DNA from: Lama glama
Lineage: Eukaryota
DNA length: 64,000 bases
Reading direction: 5' to 3'
NCBI GenBank assembly: GCA_028534125.1
Contig: CM052816.1
Location: forward strand, 54,748,001-54,812,000
In this document: positions 13,453 through 25,464 of the stretch, piece by piece
How the letters are laid out: each line of letters begins with the position of its first letter
Position numbering within the stretch: the stretch's first letter is position 1
The notes under the pieces: generated by a model
Seen by the model: the letters and a program-made list of their open reading frames with translations, nothing else
The model's database searches: none
Told to the model about the DNA's origin: nothing
Translations under genes and position numbers: made by a program

Positions 13453-13954
13453 TCAACATAGTCACTACTGTGTGGTTCTATCAAGTACTCATGCTGCCTT
13501 CATTGTACAGAAGTAACAGGTGTGTGAGTGCCTGATTCGTTCTCCCCAAATAGGAGATCATTTAATTTGATAACTATATTAAAACAAGGAATAAGTGAAA
13601 TTAAGGAACCAGCAACTTGGATCAAGGAAGGCAGAAGTAAGGGAAAGAAATAAAGCCCCAGTATTTTTTTTACAGGAGCTTGTGGAAGAATTAATCAGAT
13701 TGTTCAAATATTAGATAATAATATGTGGGTTACAGACATAAATTAATTTTAAGGATAAAAGGACTAATAGTTATTCAACGAAATCAGTCAAAATTAAGTT
13801 TTCTGCTTTGTTATGAACAGATGACAATGAGCGGTCCTTTTGATAGAAGTATTAAGTCAATCAGAGGAAAAAGTCCAGCTCTGGTTATAAGTCTTAACAA
13901 AATGCTGTACTGAACATTCTGGTAGCAGATGGGGGCAAATAAAGACATTTTTGT

Positions 13955-14255
13955 AGATTCACCGACATAGAAAACAATCTGTGGTTACCAGAGGGGAAAG
14001 TGGGGAATGGATAGATTCTGAGATTGGCATTAACAGACACACACTACTACATATAAAATGGATAAACAACCGGGACCTACTGCATAGTGCAGGGAACTAC
14101 ATTCAATAACTTGTAATGAGTTGTAATGAAAAGAATCTGAAAAAAAATATATCTGTATAACTGAATCGCTTTGCTGTACACCTGAGACTAACACTGTGAA
14201 CAGACCACACTTCAATAGAAAATAAGAATTAAAGGCAAAAAAAAAAAAAAAAAGA
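13955..14255 (+). mobile_element. Artiodactyl-type L1 3' UTR with poly(A)
   Basis: gacatagaaaacaatctgtggttacc...tataactgaatcgctttgctgtacacc; flanking agacattt repeats. Confidence 0.88.
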
Positions 14256-15087
14256 GGGAGAGAGAGACATTTCTGGCTTCAGAGTCTGGCTAGTTAAAAA
14301 TGTTTTTGTTTTCAAGTTTTAGAGAATTACAGGGTTTCTCGAGATGATTTAGGAAGAATCTTGAACAGGGCAAATGTAGGCAGAGAATCTGAGAATTTTC
14401 TAACACTTTCATCTCCTGCTTGAATAACACATTGAGTCATGAAATACAAATGTGGCTAGGAGGTGCTCAAGGTGTCTGTTCAAAAATGAGAGCAGAGGTA
14501 GTGCTGTGCACCTTCGCATACTGGGAAGAGAATAAAGAATGTGGTGTTAGAACTAATTTGTTTTTCTGTTTGAATATTTGATTTTTGTTTTGTTTTAATG
14601 TGGATAGCTTTTTTGTTAGAGAAGTAGCCCATACTCAGGAAAGAGGAAATACATAAAAGGGAACCAGCCACCCTACACTCCAGGTTAAATGCTTGTATTT
14701 TCTCCACTATCCTTTGCTAATGAACCTCAGATGAGTCCTTTTTCCTCCCATATTGCTGGTTTCATACTACGTGCACATAATTGTGTCTTACTTTTAAAAA
14801 AATTAAGTATGATAAACACTTCTCAGTGCCATTATGTATACTTAATACAGATCATTTAAAATGAGTGGAAAAGTCTTTGGAAGCAGTCCTCCAGGGTAGA
14901 TCATCTAGGTGGTTTCCAGTCTTTAACTAACACACAAATAAGGATGCTATTAAAAAACTAGAAGTCTATTGCTTTTTTGTTATTTGAAATTATTTCTTGA
15001 AAATAAATTCCCAGAAGTCATACAACCGGGTCCAAGGTCGTGTGCATTTTAAGGGTGATGACATTTTGTCAAATTGCTCTCCTAAAA

Positions 15088-15228
15088 GGGGGAGGGTATA
15101 ACTCAACGGTAGAGCGCATGCTTAATGTGCATGAGGTCCTGGGTTCAATCCTCAAAACTTCGGTTAAAATAAATAAACAAATAAACCTAATTACCTCCCC
15201 CCACCAACAAAACAAACAAACAAACAAA
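15088..15228 (+). mobile_element. tRNA-Ala-derived SINE (long form)
   Basis: TSD-like aaattgctctcctaaa / aaactgctcccctaaa. Confidence 0.9.
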
Positions 15229-15725
15229 ACTGCTCCCCTAAAGCTTGTCCACCAGAATTCTCTCACCCTTGCTGGTACTTACACTTTCTCTTCATCCTTC
15301 CTTATATGGCTGTTTATAGCCACGACAGAAAGAAATCACTGCTAATTAGATGGATGCCAGTGCTATCTTGTTCCAAACTGCAGCTATCTGGTTACTGCTG
15401 AGATGCAACACTTTACCCATACAAATTGTAGTTCCTCTTTCACCATTTAGTAGTTTTGTAAAAAATCAACTTGTAGGAGGGCGTCTGTAATGAAGACTTT
15501 ACTCCAGGTTGACTGTATGTGCTGCAAATAAGCGTCCCCAGAGTTGACTTCCTAAATCTTTGTTTTCTCCCAGGCACAAGCGGAGTCATGACTCCCCTCA
15601 GGATGACCCCTCGGCTGACTCACTTCCCTGAGGATTTCCAAAGCAGCTCATTCCAGCACCATCAAGATCCAGACTCCTGATGCTGACTGGCAGCCCAAGC
15701 ATGTCCCCCAGGTCACCATTTTTCA

Positions 15726-15762
15726 GCCAGAGCCAGACCCAGACCCAGACCCAGACCCAGAC
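15726..15762. repeat. (CCAGAC)n hexamer repeat
   Basis: gccagagccagacccagacccagacccagacccagac. Confidence 0.9.
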
Positions 15763-15940
15763 ACAAGACACACATCACAGCTGCTCTCTGGTAGCCAGGC
15801 CCTGCTACTATCTGCCAGGCACTATCTTTACAAAGGAGAGTCGGGAGTCGCCACTCTAAACCCCCAGCCTCTTGTGAGCCGGTTTTATGTATGAGATTAG
15901 AGCCTTTTAAGCTATCTTTCCCCTTAGAAAAGAACCCACA

Positions 15941-16168
15941 TACTGTATAGCGCAGAAATATATACAAGATCTTGTGGTACTTCACAGCGAAAAAAAAATG
16001 TGACAATAAATATATGTATGTTCATGTATAACTGAAAAATTGTGCTCTACACTGGAATTTGACACAACATTGTAAAATGACTATAACTCAATAAAAAATG
16101 TGAAAATAAATAAATAAATAAATAAAATAAACACACACACACATGAATAAACATCAAAAAAAAAAAAT
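15941..16168 (+). mobile_element. Young LINE-1 3' end, same family as 53743-54205
   Basis: Near-identical to 54044-54205; 12-bp TSD aaagaacccaca (15929-15940, 16169-16180). Confidence 0.92.
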
Positions 16169-16354
16169 AAAGAACCCACAAGGGGAGAAAATACACAGCG
16201 AGATAGAGATCACCTAAAACAAATTTTGATTAAGCACTTATGCTTCTGCTACATTAAGAAAATGCCCCGGAAAATGATTTTAAGGATATGAGAATCGAAT
16301 CTCTGAGTTTCTGGACCTCTGAGCTGGCCCAGTTTTGCCTCAGGGCCATCTCTG

Positions 16355-16695
16355 AGGGCCCTGCTACTCAAAGTGTGGTCCGAGCATCCGCACTGTCAAC
16401 ATGGCCTGGGGACTTGACAGACTTGCAGCCCTGGCCCCAGACCTACTGCATGAGTCTGCAGTCGACCAAGACCCCCCAGATAATCTGAAAGCTTGTTAAA
16501 TTTGAGAGGCGCTCTCTTAAAGCAGTGGTTATCAGCTCTGCCTTGTACAATCGAATCTCCTGAGGAGCTTGAATACAATGTGGATGTCCGGGCCCCGCCT
16601 CAAAGAATCTGAGTCAGAGGGTCAGGACTGGGCACCAGACTTGTTTAGAAGCTCCCCAGAGCTTCTTTGTGCAGTCAGAGATGAGGACTGACACT
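16355..16695. mobile_element. Two adjacent MER5-like hAT elements
   Basis: gctactcaaagtgtggtcc... and cagtggttatcagctctg...aatctcctgaggagctt. Confidence 0.75.
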
Positions 16696-17527
16696 AAAGT
16701 TTCTAAAACTTCCTTCTAACAAGGCAGAGTTGATAAAACTCTAAAATTTGAGGTCTTCAAATTCTATGCTTCTTAAATATTACAAATTATGATTAAACCC
16801 CAAAACCAGCTGGCTCCTGGAAAAGAAAACATTAAATACATATACACACATGCACACGCGCACACACTCACACACATGTTGGAAATGGCCATTTTCAAGA
16901 GCAACTAGATATCTCGAGATAAGAAAGTAAGCATCAAACCCACACAGAACAATCGAGGTCTTGCTGTTAAATGCGTCTCAGTATTGGCAATCCCCGTCTT
17001 GGTTGTGTTTTCATTCCCCAGCATTGGTCACACAGCAGCACGCTGAGATGACCCAATTTTGCGGTTGTTAAGATGGGCACAATGGCGGCACTGGCGCGGC
17101 CACCACCCGATGTGTTCAGGCTACATAAATGCAGCTCTCTCTCCAGTGTTCCTGAGTCATTTCTTAAAGTGATGACCAGCCAGCTGGGTAGAAACACACT
17201 GTGATATCTGAATTCCAAGATGCTGCTGAATCTGACTTCTGGTTTTCTGTTTCCAGAAGACCAGTGGGCAGCCCCCATGACAAGAAGCATGGAGTTTACT
17301 GTTCTCTTTATAGAGACGCCGCCACGGGTGTGTCACAGCAGCTGGCTGGAACCCCGCCCTCACACAAAGCTTCCCGACCGCTAGGCCACCCTGGACTCAG
17401 CCGTGAGGCTGCCAGAAGCCGTAGGTGGTGGCCTGTAGCTGTGAACCAACTGTTTACCTTTGTGCCTTATAATTATGGCCCGTTTCCATGTCTCTTTGAA
17501 GGCAACAAAGTTGGGAAATCTTGCCTA

Positions 17528-18345
17528 AGGGCAGAGTTCTCAAACTTTGAGACCTTAATACACTTAAAAATTATGAGGACCCCAAAGAGGTTTTGTTTAT
17601 GTTGGTTATATCCAGTGATGTGCTGGCATCACCTTGCACCAGCTCATGAGAATTCAGTATTCAGGAATTTTTCAAGCCAACTGTTCAACCGTTAGAAGCT
17701 TGAAACTGGCAACAGAGGGAATATTACACCACGGAAATCGGCAAATGCTATACATCAGAGCCTTTTTTCTTTCTCTGGAGGTTAAGTTTAGCAGCAAACC
17801 CCTGATTATATTTACCATATTAAACATTAAAATGGAGAATTTTTGAAAAGATTTCTTTCATTAAAAATAAGAATAAACCAGGGGGGAGGGTATAGCTCTG
17901 TGGTAGAGTGCGTATTTAGCATGCACAGGTCCTCGGTTCAATCTCCAGTACCTCCATTTTTAAAAAAAGGAAGAAATAAATAAACCTAATTATCCCCCCA
18001 AAATAAAAATAAGAACCACACACATATATATACACACACCCCCACACACACCAAATACGGTTTCCCATATTTGTCACACAGAGAATTTTTCCCCCAAACA
18101 AGAACTTAATGGACAGTTGCCTTAGCCTTTATGTCTGCAAATCTCTTTAACAGCTGGCTTAACAGGAGAGTCAGATTTTCGTTCTCTACTTCTGTGTTTA
18201 ATTCGTTGTGCTATCACACGTCACCCAGCCTCTGGAAGACACAACTACGTGAATCAGACCAAAAAAGGGCAAACTCTCTTACTGTTTCAAGATGGTTCTG
18301 ATCTCATACATCTCCGGAGAGGGTCTCAAGGGCTCTGAGACCCAC
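17528..18345. mobile_element. Charlie4-like hAT element containing a MER63-like insertion (17613-17804) and a SINE
   Basis: cttaaaaattatgaggaccccaaagag motif; inner element cagtgatgtgctgg...cagcaaacccctg with 8-bp TSD-like gttatatc/attatatt. Confidence 0.7.
17881..18012 (+). mobile_element. tRNA-Ala-derived SINE (long form) inserted in a Charlie-like element
   Basis: Same head and tail. Confidence 0.9.
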
Positions 18346-19374
18346 TGAATTGGAGCATTTCTCCTCTCTACCTGATTGCAGCTTGCTTAACTGCACCTCC
18401 TTCATAAAACACACTCAGATTACCCCGTGGTTAATTGTTGTCCACATACGTTTGGTCTAGTCATTGTGAAAGGAATAGCCACACAGCAATGCCAGTTCTG
18501 CTAGGAAATTACTGTCGATGACTGTTTTCCCAGTTCATTTCCTTATGGCACCAAGGGGAAGAGAAGCCACTGTGGCAGGCTGAGGCCTCAGAAAAAGGCT
18601 TGGTCGTAAACACTGCTTCATTTTTTCCATTTACTCTCAGAGCTCAAGACTCCCTGAAGGACATGCCAAAATTTTTCTTAATTTTTTAAATTCGGAAGTT
18701 ATAACCTAAAATTTTTCATGTGTATATTTAACAATCAAGCATTCCATTTCCTTTTAAAATCCTGTTTTTCACTTGGTGGAAAAAAAATCAAAATTTTTGT
18801 GTTAAGAGAATTCAAGTGTTTTTTTGATTTCAAATATATTTTGAAAAATAACAAGAGAAAAGCTTAAAGGTCACTTTCTGGTTAGAGTGGGGATCCTATT
18901 CCTAGTGGCCATATGCTGGGTTGACTTCATTCACTGTTTCTCGTCTTGAAACACTGGAGAGAGTCCAGGCCTCAGAAACTTAGGCTTATGTATTAACTTT
19001 AAAATTCTGTGTGCTAACAGAATTCTTGTTTAATTGAAATAACGTCTCTATTGATTATGAATCTAAAAATACGTTACCAGAATTTTTTATTTTCATCTCT
19101 CAGAGGTAATTTTGCCTTTAATCCTCTTCCCCAGGGAGTGTTAGATGGCAAAGGACTGTCACTCAGGGGTAGCTCTTCCTTGAGTTTCAACATTTGTGTC
19201 TTCCTGGCTCAGACATTTGTTTCTCTCCTCACTAGGGAAAAGCTGCGGAGCCTAACCACGATGCTTATCACCCAGGAATCTGAACATTTTCTCAGTGATA
19301 GAATCTTGAATTTTCCTAAGAAGGGATTAAAAAAAAAAAAAACCCGAAAGACACAGAAACCTAACTACCCACTG

Positions 19375-19722
19375 CCTTTGGCAGAAATTGTGATTTTTCC
19401 CCTCCATTTGTTCTTCCAGTTCCATTCTCCACACCCCAAGCAGCTAACCATCATGAACTACATCACCCAGGTTCCCCTGACCTCTGTGTGGTGGTTAAAA
19501 TCAGGAGCAACAGGAGCCAAGAGATCAGAGGGTTGGGGGAGAGGAGGTCTGTATTCCTTCCCCCACCAGCTCGGAGCCTGGGGTGGTAACAGCTTCCCCT
19601 AATTGCTAGACCCTGGGGCGCATCACCAGTTCTAGTTGGTTCCCTTAACCCTGGCCACCCTTCTGCAAGTGCTCTTCAGCTAAATCCTTAAACTGGCCTT
19701 CCTGCTATGCTCTAAAGATACA
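19375..19722 (+). mobile_element. LTR33-like (ERVL) LTR
   Basis: ggggtggtaacagcttccc...cccttaaccctggccaccc...gataca terminus. Confidence 0.7.
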
Positions 19723-21710
19723 ATACAATTTTATTCCCAAAAGATACCAAGCAGACTTTCAGGTTTATTAATACAGGTTACATACATTTTTTAAAAAAGA
19801 ATGTTAAAAACAGTGACGTAATATTTTGTAAGTACATACTGATAATATAGTAATGATAGTCTTATTAAGTCAGAGGTATTTTAATATAAAAGAATGAATA
19901 AACAGTGACAGTATATTTCCACTGAGTTGGATAAAATGAATACAGTAACTAAATTAATGCAATCAATGTTAGCTTCTACTTACAACACATACACAGATGT
20001 AAATTATTTCATGGCTGTTGGAAACAGTTTGCTCTTTTCAATAGGTAAGTATTTGCCTTTTTGTCTGTTTAAAATGCCAACATTTTTTCATAAGGAAAAA
20101 AGATCTATTTCAACCTAATTTTCAAATTATTTTGTCAAATACATGAGGGTATTCTGTACTTGATACTCATCATGGGGTTGAAAAATGCTTTTAAAATCAT
20201 CTCATTAAATCTTAAGAAAAGTGGATGGGAAATACCGAGTAAGTTTCCTGGATTTCAAAGCCAACTCCATTTTCTTCTATCATTTCTAATCAGACTGATG
20301 TAATCGATTCGCCTTTAAAAATTTGATTTGAGCAATGTATTGATAAAGCATTTGTAAGTAAATAGTGTCCAATTAAGACAGATTTTCTTAAAAGTCCAAT
20401 TAGGACTTATTTTTAAAAACACACTTCCTGTACTGTATTATGTTCTCAACTCAAGTTATAACCATAGGAAGCAGTAACCCAAATATTCAAACATCTTCAC
20501 CTGCCAGGCCTTGATTATGTGCAACTTGCTTGGTGACATCTGGCTGAAAACACTTCTTTACATAATGACGTGTTTCCTTTACACGTATCACACTCTAAGC
20601 ATCTATCTACTTTGTTCTTCTGAAGAGCAGGTTTCAGTTTTACTCAACTCCACTCGCCCAGCACCCACCCGAGTGCCCAGGGCACAGGAGGGGTGTGTTT
20701 GCTGCAGGGGTGTTTCCATCTGAGAACGGTCTTTGTAGCATAACTCCTGGAAGTGAACAGGGCCTTCTTTCTCCATTCTTAAAACGGGCAGAGAAATCTT
20801 TTATAGTCATTATCTCTTGAGATAGCACATCCCACTTCGCCAGCTTCTAATGAGCATGATAAGTTCATGGCCAGCCTTTGAGGGAGTCCCAGGAGGAGAC
20901 AGCGAACATGGTGGTCCTGATCCCTCTGCTCTCTGAACTGGCCCAGTCTTGTCCCTACCGCTTGGAGTCCTCCATCCAGGGGCAGGTTGCTCTGAAAGCC
21001 AACCTAAGGTCACTGGTGAGACCTCTGCTCATTCTTGGTTTACACATATGGTGTGCAAAACAGGAAAATGCTACCCACAGCATTTGTTTTCATCTGTTTT
21101 AATATTTTTAGGTTTCAAACTTTGATATGTTTCAAATGAAAAACAGCAAAACTTCTACACACAGACAGGACTAAGTCTCAGCCCTCAATAACTTAAACAT
21201 CGCTGTTGAACAATTTCAAAATACACTTATTTGCAAAAGCTATGTAAGTCCATACGACAGAACCCCTCACTATTGACGGACATCTGCAGAATTTCAGGGC
21301 TAAACTTCACCAAACTAAACTTTGCATATTAAATCAGAAAGCCAGAGTTTATTTCCATAATCTCTGGTGGAAAAAAAAGAGGGTTTCAAAGTGCCTATTC
21401 TATACTGCACTGCAAACAATACAAGTGTGTATACACACACACACACCTATAATAAGGCATCTAAATACATCAAAAAGCAACATTCAGTTCTTGTTGTAGC
21501 ACTGGCAATGTTCTCTAGGAACATTCCTGTTATGTTTTCCTGTAACTAACAAATATGTATGCTTAATGGCTCTAGTAAGGAGGCATGCAAATCATACATC
21601 CGCTGTTTTAGATGGTACAGTAAATACTTTTTTTGGCAGGGACTAAATAGAATCCTCAGGTTATTTGCTTTTTTCACCTTTTCTTTTTAAATCACTGTCG
21701 GTCCCTTTTC
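19710..21710 (-). other. F2R: F2R 3' UTR (approximate 3' end)
   Basis: AT-rich, repeat-poor sequence after the TAG, ending at two minus-strand AATAAA hexamers (19769-19764, 19735-19730). Confidence 0.7.
19730..19769 (-). terminator. Tandem AATAAA polyadenylation signals, probably of F2R
   Basis: tttatt on the plus strand at 19730-19735 and 19764-19769, ~1.95 kb past the stop codon. Confidence 0.65.
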
Positions 21711-22906
21711 CTAAGTTAGCAGCTTCTTGTACATGCTGCTATTCAGGTTACTAGAGCAGGTATCCACTTTACTAGCCATCAACTGACCACTGCTGTTACA
21801 ACTGCTGGGGTCCGAACTTTCTTTGCAGCATAAGATGCTGTAGAGGTACCTCTGGCACTCGGAGGAAGCATAATAGTAAATCAAGGGGTCAATGCAGCAG
21901 CTGATGCTGCTGACACAGACACAGAGGAGGTAGGCGAAGTAGGCAGCCTCCGTCATGGAGTTACGGGAAAGGAATGCATAATGGAGAATCAGAAGGATGT
22001 TGGTGGGTCCGAAGCAAATGATGAAGATGCAGAAAACGGCAGCCGACAAGAACAACGCCCGGGACTTCTTGGTCTGGTTGGCCACCGTGGAAGAGCTAAG
22101 ACAGCGAATGATGGACACATAACAGACTGTGGAAATGGTCAACGGCACGAAAAAGAAGACAGCAGAGAAGGCGGAGAAGTAATAGGCGTAGAAGCCCTCG
22201 AGCAGCGTTTCGTTGAGCACGTCGTGACACGTGGTGATGTTGAGCCCCGGCACCTGGCTGGTCTGCTCCTTGAGCAGCAGAGGCACCACTCCCGCGATGG
22301 CCATGGCCCAGATGGCCAGACACGTGAAGGAAGCCCGCCCCAGAGTACGCCAGGACAGCGACTGGATGGGATACACCACAGCCAGAAACCGGTCAATGCT
22401 GATGACCGTCATGAGCATGATGGAGGCATACATGTTACAGTAGAACGCTGCAGTGACGAAGCGACACATCGCAGACCCAAAACTCCAGTCACTTCCGGAA
22501 AAGTAGTAGCTGATCTTAAACGGGAGCACAGACACGAAGAGCACGTCTGCCGTGGCCAAGTGCAGCATGTACACCACGGCTGGCTTCTTGACCTTCATCT
22601 TCAAGACGAACACGACGATGGCCATGATGTTTAGAGGAAGGCTTACTACGAGCACGCCGGTGTAGACGGAGGGGATGAAGAGAGTCAGCCAGGCGCTGGT
22701 CAGATAGCCCGAGGCATCATTTGAGATGAACACGTGGGGTAATTTCTGAGGAGGATTGCTTTGATTGACGGAGCTTGATCTGCCTTCAGTGAACTCACTC
22801 TCATTTCTTTCCTCCTCATCCCTCAGTGGGATTGGTTCGAATCCACTGGGTAAATTCCTGAGAAAAAATGACCGGAGACGGAAAGTACTATTTGTTGCTT
22901 CTGGCT
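21711..22906 (-). CDS. F2R: F2R/PAR1 exon 2 coding part (cleavage site, tethered ligand, 7TM GPCR, C-tail)
   Basis: Acceptor ttttgtttttcag|AG at 22906. Reads (E)PEATNSTFRLR/SFFLRN... into the 340-aa track ORF with DRF, YPIQSL, CHDVL, DPLIYYY, YSILCC and terminal YKKLLT*. 88+1196=1284 nt = 427 aa + stop. Confidence 0.98.
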
Positions 22907-24639
22907 CTGAAAAACAAAATTAAAACCATGAATGAAAATGGCAAGAGGGACAAGGGGAGAGTACATTTGACTTTTGCTTTCTGTTCTCTTCCTAGGAGAG
23001 CAGATGGTAAAGAGCAGGAGATGTGCAAAGGATTACAGACTTTGTCAGGGGATTAGGTAACTCGGAGTTTTGTTTTGGCACAAGCAAACATTTTTCAAAC
23101 TCTGCTCCCTGGAGGGACAGAGGTGAATGACATACTTTCCAAGTTCAACCCTGCAGACATCAGGACAGGCTGATGCAGAGGAAAAAAAGCCGTGACGTCT
23201 TTTCTATACGAGCCACTGTCTCTATACACAAACCACTCCTAGGCTATTTGACGTCTCTGTCCTCCATAGGCCTTCATGCATACATTTTCTCCATTTAGTT
23301 TGTGGCCATCCCTTGAAACTCATCCTTCCCAGTGGAAAAACCCACATAGACAGTTGAGGGGACTTCATTTATGTTATAAAGCTAGAGGCAAAATCGTGTG
23401 GGACCAGGGGTCCCATTTCCATGACCATTATGCATGCGACAGGAGCTTTCCTTACTATTTTTAGAGTGTTTACACAGGAGAATGACCCAAATCTCTCATC
23501 ATATTTGGGTCCAAACTGCAGTCCCTCTGGTTATCTTCTAAATATAACTGCTAGGTACCTACCACTTCAGTCATCTTCCTGTTCCTTCCCCAGCAGGTCA
23601 GTGGAGAAGCAGATGCTCTAGGCCAGTGGCCTTCTTCAGCTCAGCTCCAAAGTGCTACGTGCATTGAGGGAGATGCCAGGCCAACCAAGCTCTTCTGAGC
23701 ATCAACCCAGGAGTTAAAATAAAGGCTCAGAGGCAAAAGAGTCCTTCTTTTCTCACCCTCCTCCACCAAAAACACACATTTGTAATGTTCATCAAAGAAA
23801 GGCAACACTGAGCCACTGGAACTCAACCAGCTTTCCCTTCCCGGGAGTTTTGCTAACGTTCTGTCACTGAGGAGACTTGGACAAAGAGCCTTCACTGGGC
23901 CTTGGGAATTGGAGGAACCAGGGGAGAAGCCACAGGGGGAAAAGGATGAGATTTCTATCACTGGGGGTGTTGACCACAAACGCTGGACCCACAGGCCACT
24001 CAGAAGTGGTGCTGTAAGTGGTGTAGTGAATGCTGGCTGGAAATTGGGTCGGTATAGTGCATTTTTAAGGCCTTTGGTTTTATTTTTCAGTAGTGAAGGC
24101 TTTCTGCAAACAAAAAATGACCCAAAGAAGCATTACGCGATAAGAGAGAGATTTCTGATTCTGTAAGGTCCTACCAGACCTGACCACCCTCTTGACAGAA
24201 ATCACAAACTCTGGGTCCCTTTCCTCCCCCAAATCAATGACCTAAAGGCATTTAGGTTCACAGGGGGGTACTGGGGAGGGGAGGGATGGATTGTGAAAGA
24301 AAGGATGGCAACTGATAGGTTTCTTGTTTTCAGTGGCTTTTAGCTTAAGAGAAGGCCAAAGTCAGTGCCACAAAAGATGGCTGAAACTCAGGTCGAAAAC
24401 CAGTCTCAGGGGCCTGAAGGATCAACCAGAGGGCCGAGGTCAGGGCCACCGACGTCCCTGGAAGGCGAGGAGAGGATCCCAGGAAAGAAGAAGAGAGGGA
24501 GAGGGAGCCCTGGATTCCAGCGCAAGCTCTGCCCCTGGCTCTGCCGATGCTAGGCCTGGCTAGGGCCTGTGTGCTTAGGGACGGTGCGGAGCAGCTCTGC
24601 TAGACTTAAAAGAACTGAAGGGATAACTGAGCTTTTTGC

Positions 24640-24965
24640 TCAGAGAGGGAGAGATTGCAGTTTCAGTTTGAGTCCAACCGAATTAGCTGCTGCTAAAGCA
24701 ATAACACCAAAATTCAAAATCACCCAATATAGAAAGAATCAGGCAAGTATGATCCATCTCAAGAAAAAAGGACAGTGAATGGAAACCAATCCCAAGAGGA
24801 CCCGGATGTCAGAATTAACAGATAAGCATTTTAAAAGATGTGGTGCAACTATACTCAGCGAAGTGAAGAAAAATATTTCATTGAAATGAATGAAAAAAAT
24901 AGAAAAAAGGCAATGAAACAAACCAATGGAAATTCTAGCTAGAAAATAAGATGCATTTTTCCAAA
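24640..24965 (+). mobile_element. Degenerate L1 ORF1-region fragment
   Basis: gatgtcagaattaacagataagcattttaaa...aaccaatggaaattctag, typical of old L1M 5' parts. Confidence 0.6.
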
Positions 24966-25464
24966 ATGAAGAGCAACGCTAGGGAAGCACCAATGAGAGA
25001 TGATAGAAGGCTCGGATGACCTCAGCAAGGTCATGAGAGGGTCCCCTGAGGTGAAGGGGTGGCCCGACAGACCCGTCACAGGACAAGGACAAACATGTGC
25101 AGTGGTGAGCCTCTGAGTGCACATACACACATCTAGACTGTTTCCCAGGGTGAGGAACCGTTTCTGCTTCATCTTGGAGTCTCCAGTACTTCGCCCTGCA
25201 CTTAAATTGGCTTTTCATCACAGATTTGCATTCTAATCCTGGCTCTACCAGGAGTCACTTAACCCGTCTGAACTCAGTCTCAGCATCGTTAAAATGGGAT
25301 CCCAGTGTCTGTCTGGCCTACAAATCTGGCAACTGGGAGCATCACATGTGAAATAGGACACATGTTCACTTTGTAAACTTCAAAAATCAATCAGTGTAAG
25401 AAATGATTATCCTTCCCCTCCCACTTCAGTGTAGCTTGCTTTTTGCTCACTCTCAATTATTTTC

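Noticed and set aside
19051..19602. 183-aa plus-strand ORF
   Set aside because: TTG start, crosses a poly(A) run and an LTR33-like repeat; no protein-like features.
21981..22634. 217-aa plus-strand ORF antisense to F2R exon 2
   Set aside because: Shadow frame of a GC3-rich hydrophobic CDS; no promoter, splice or homology support.
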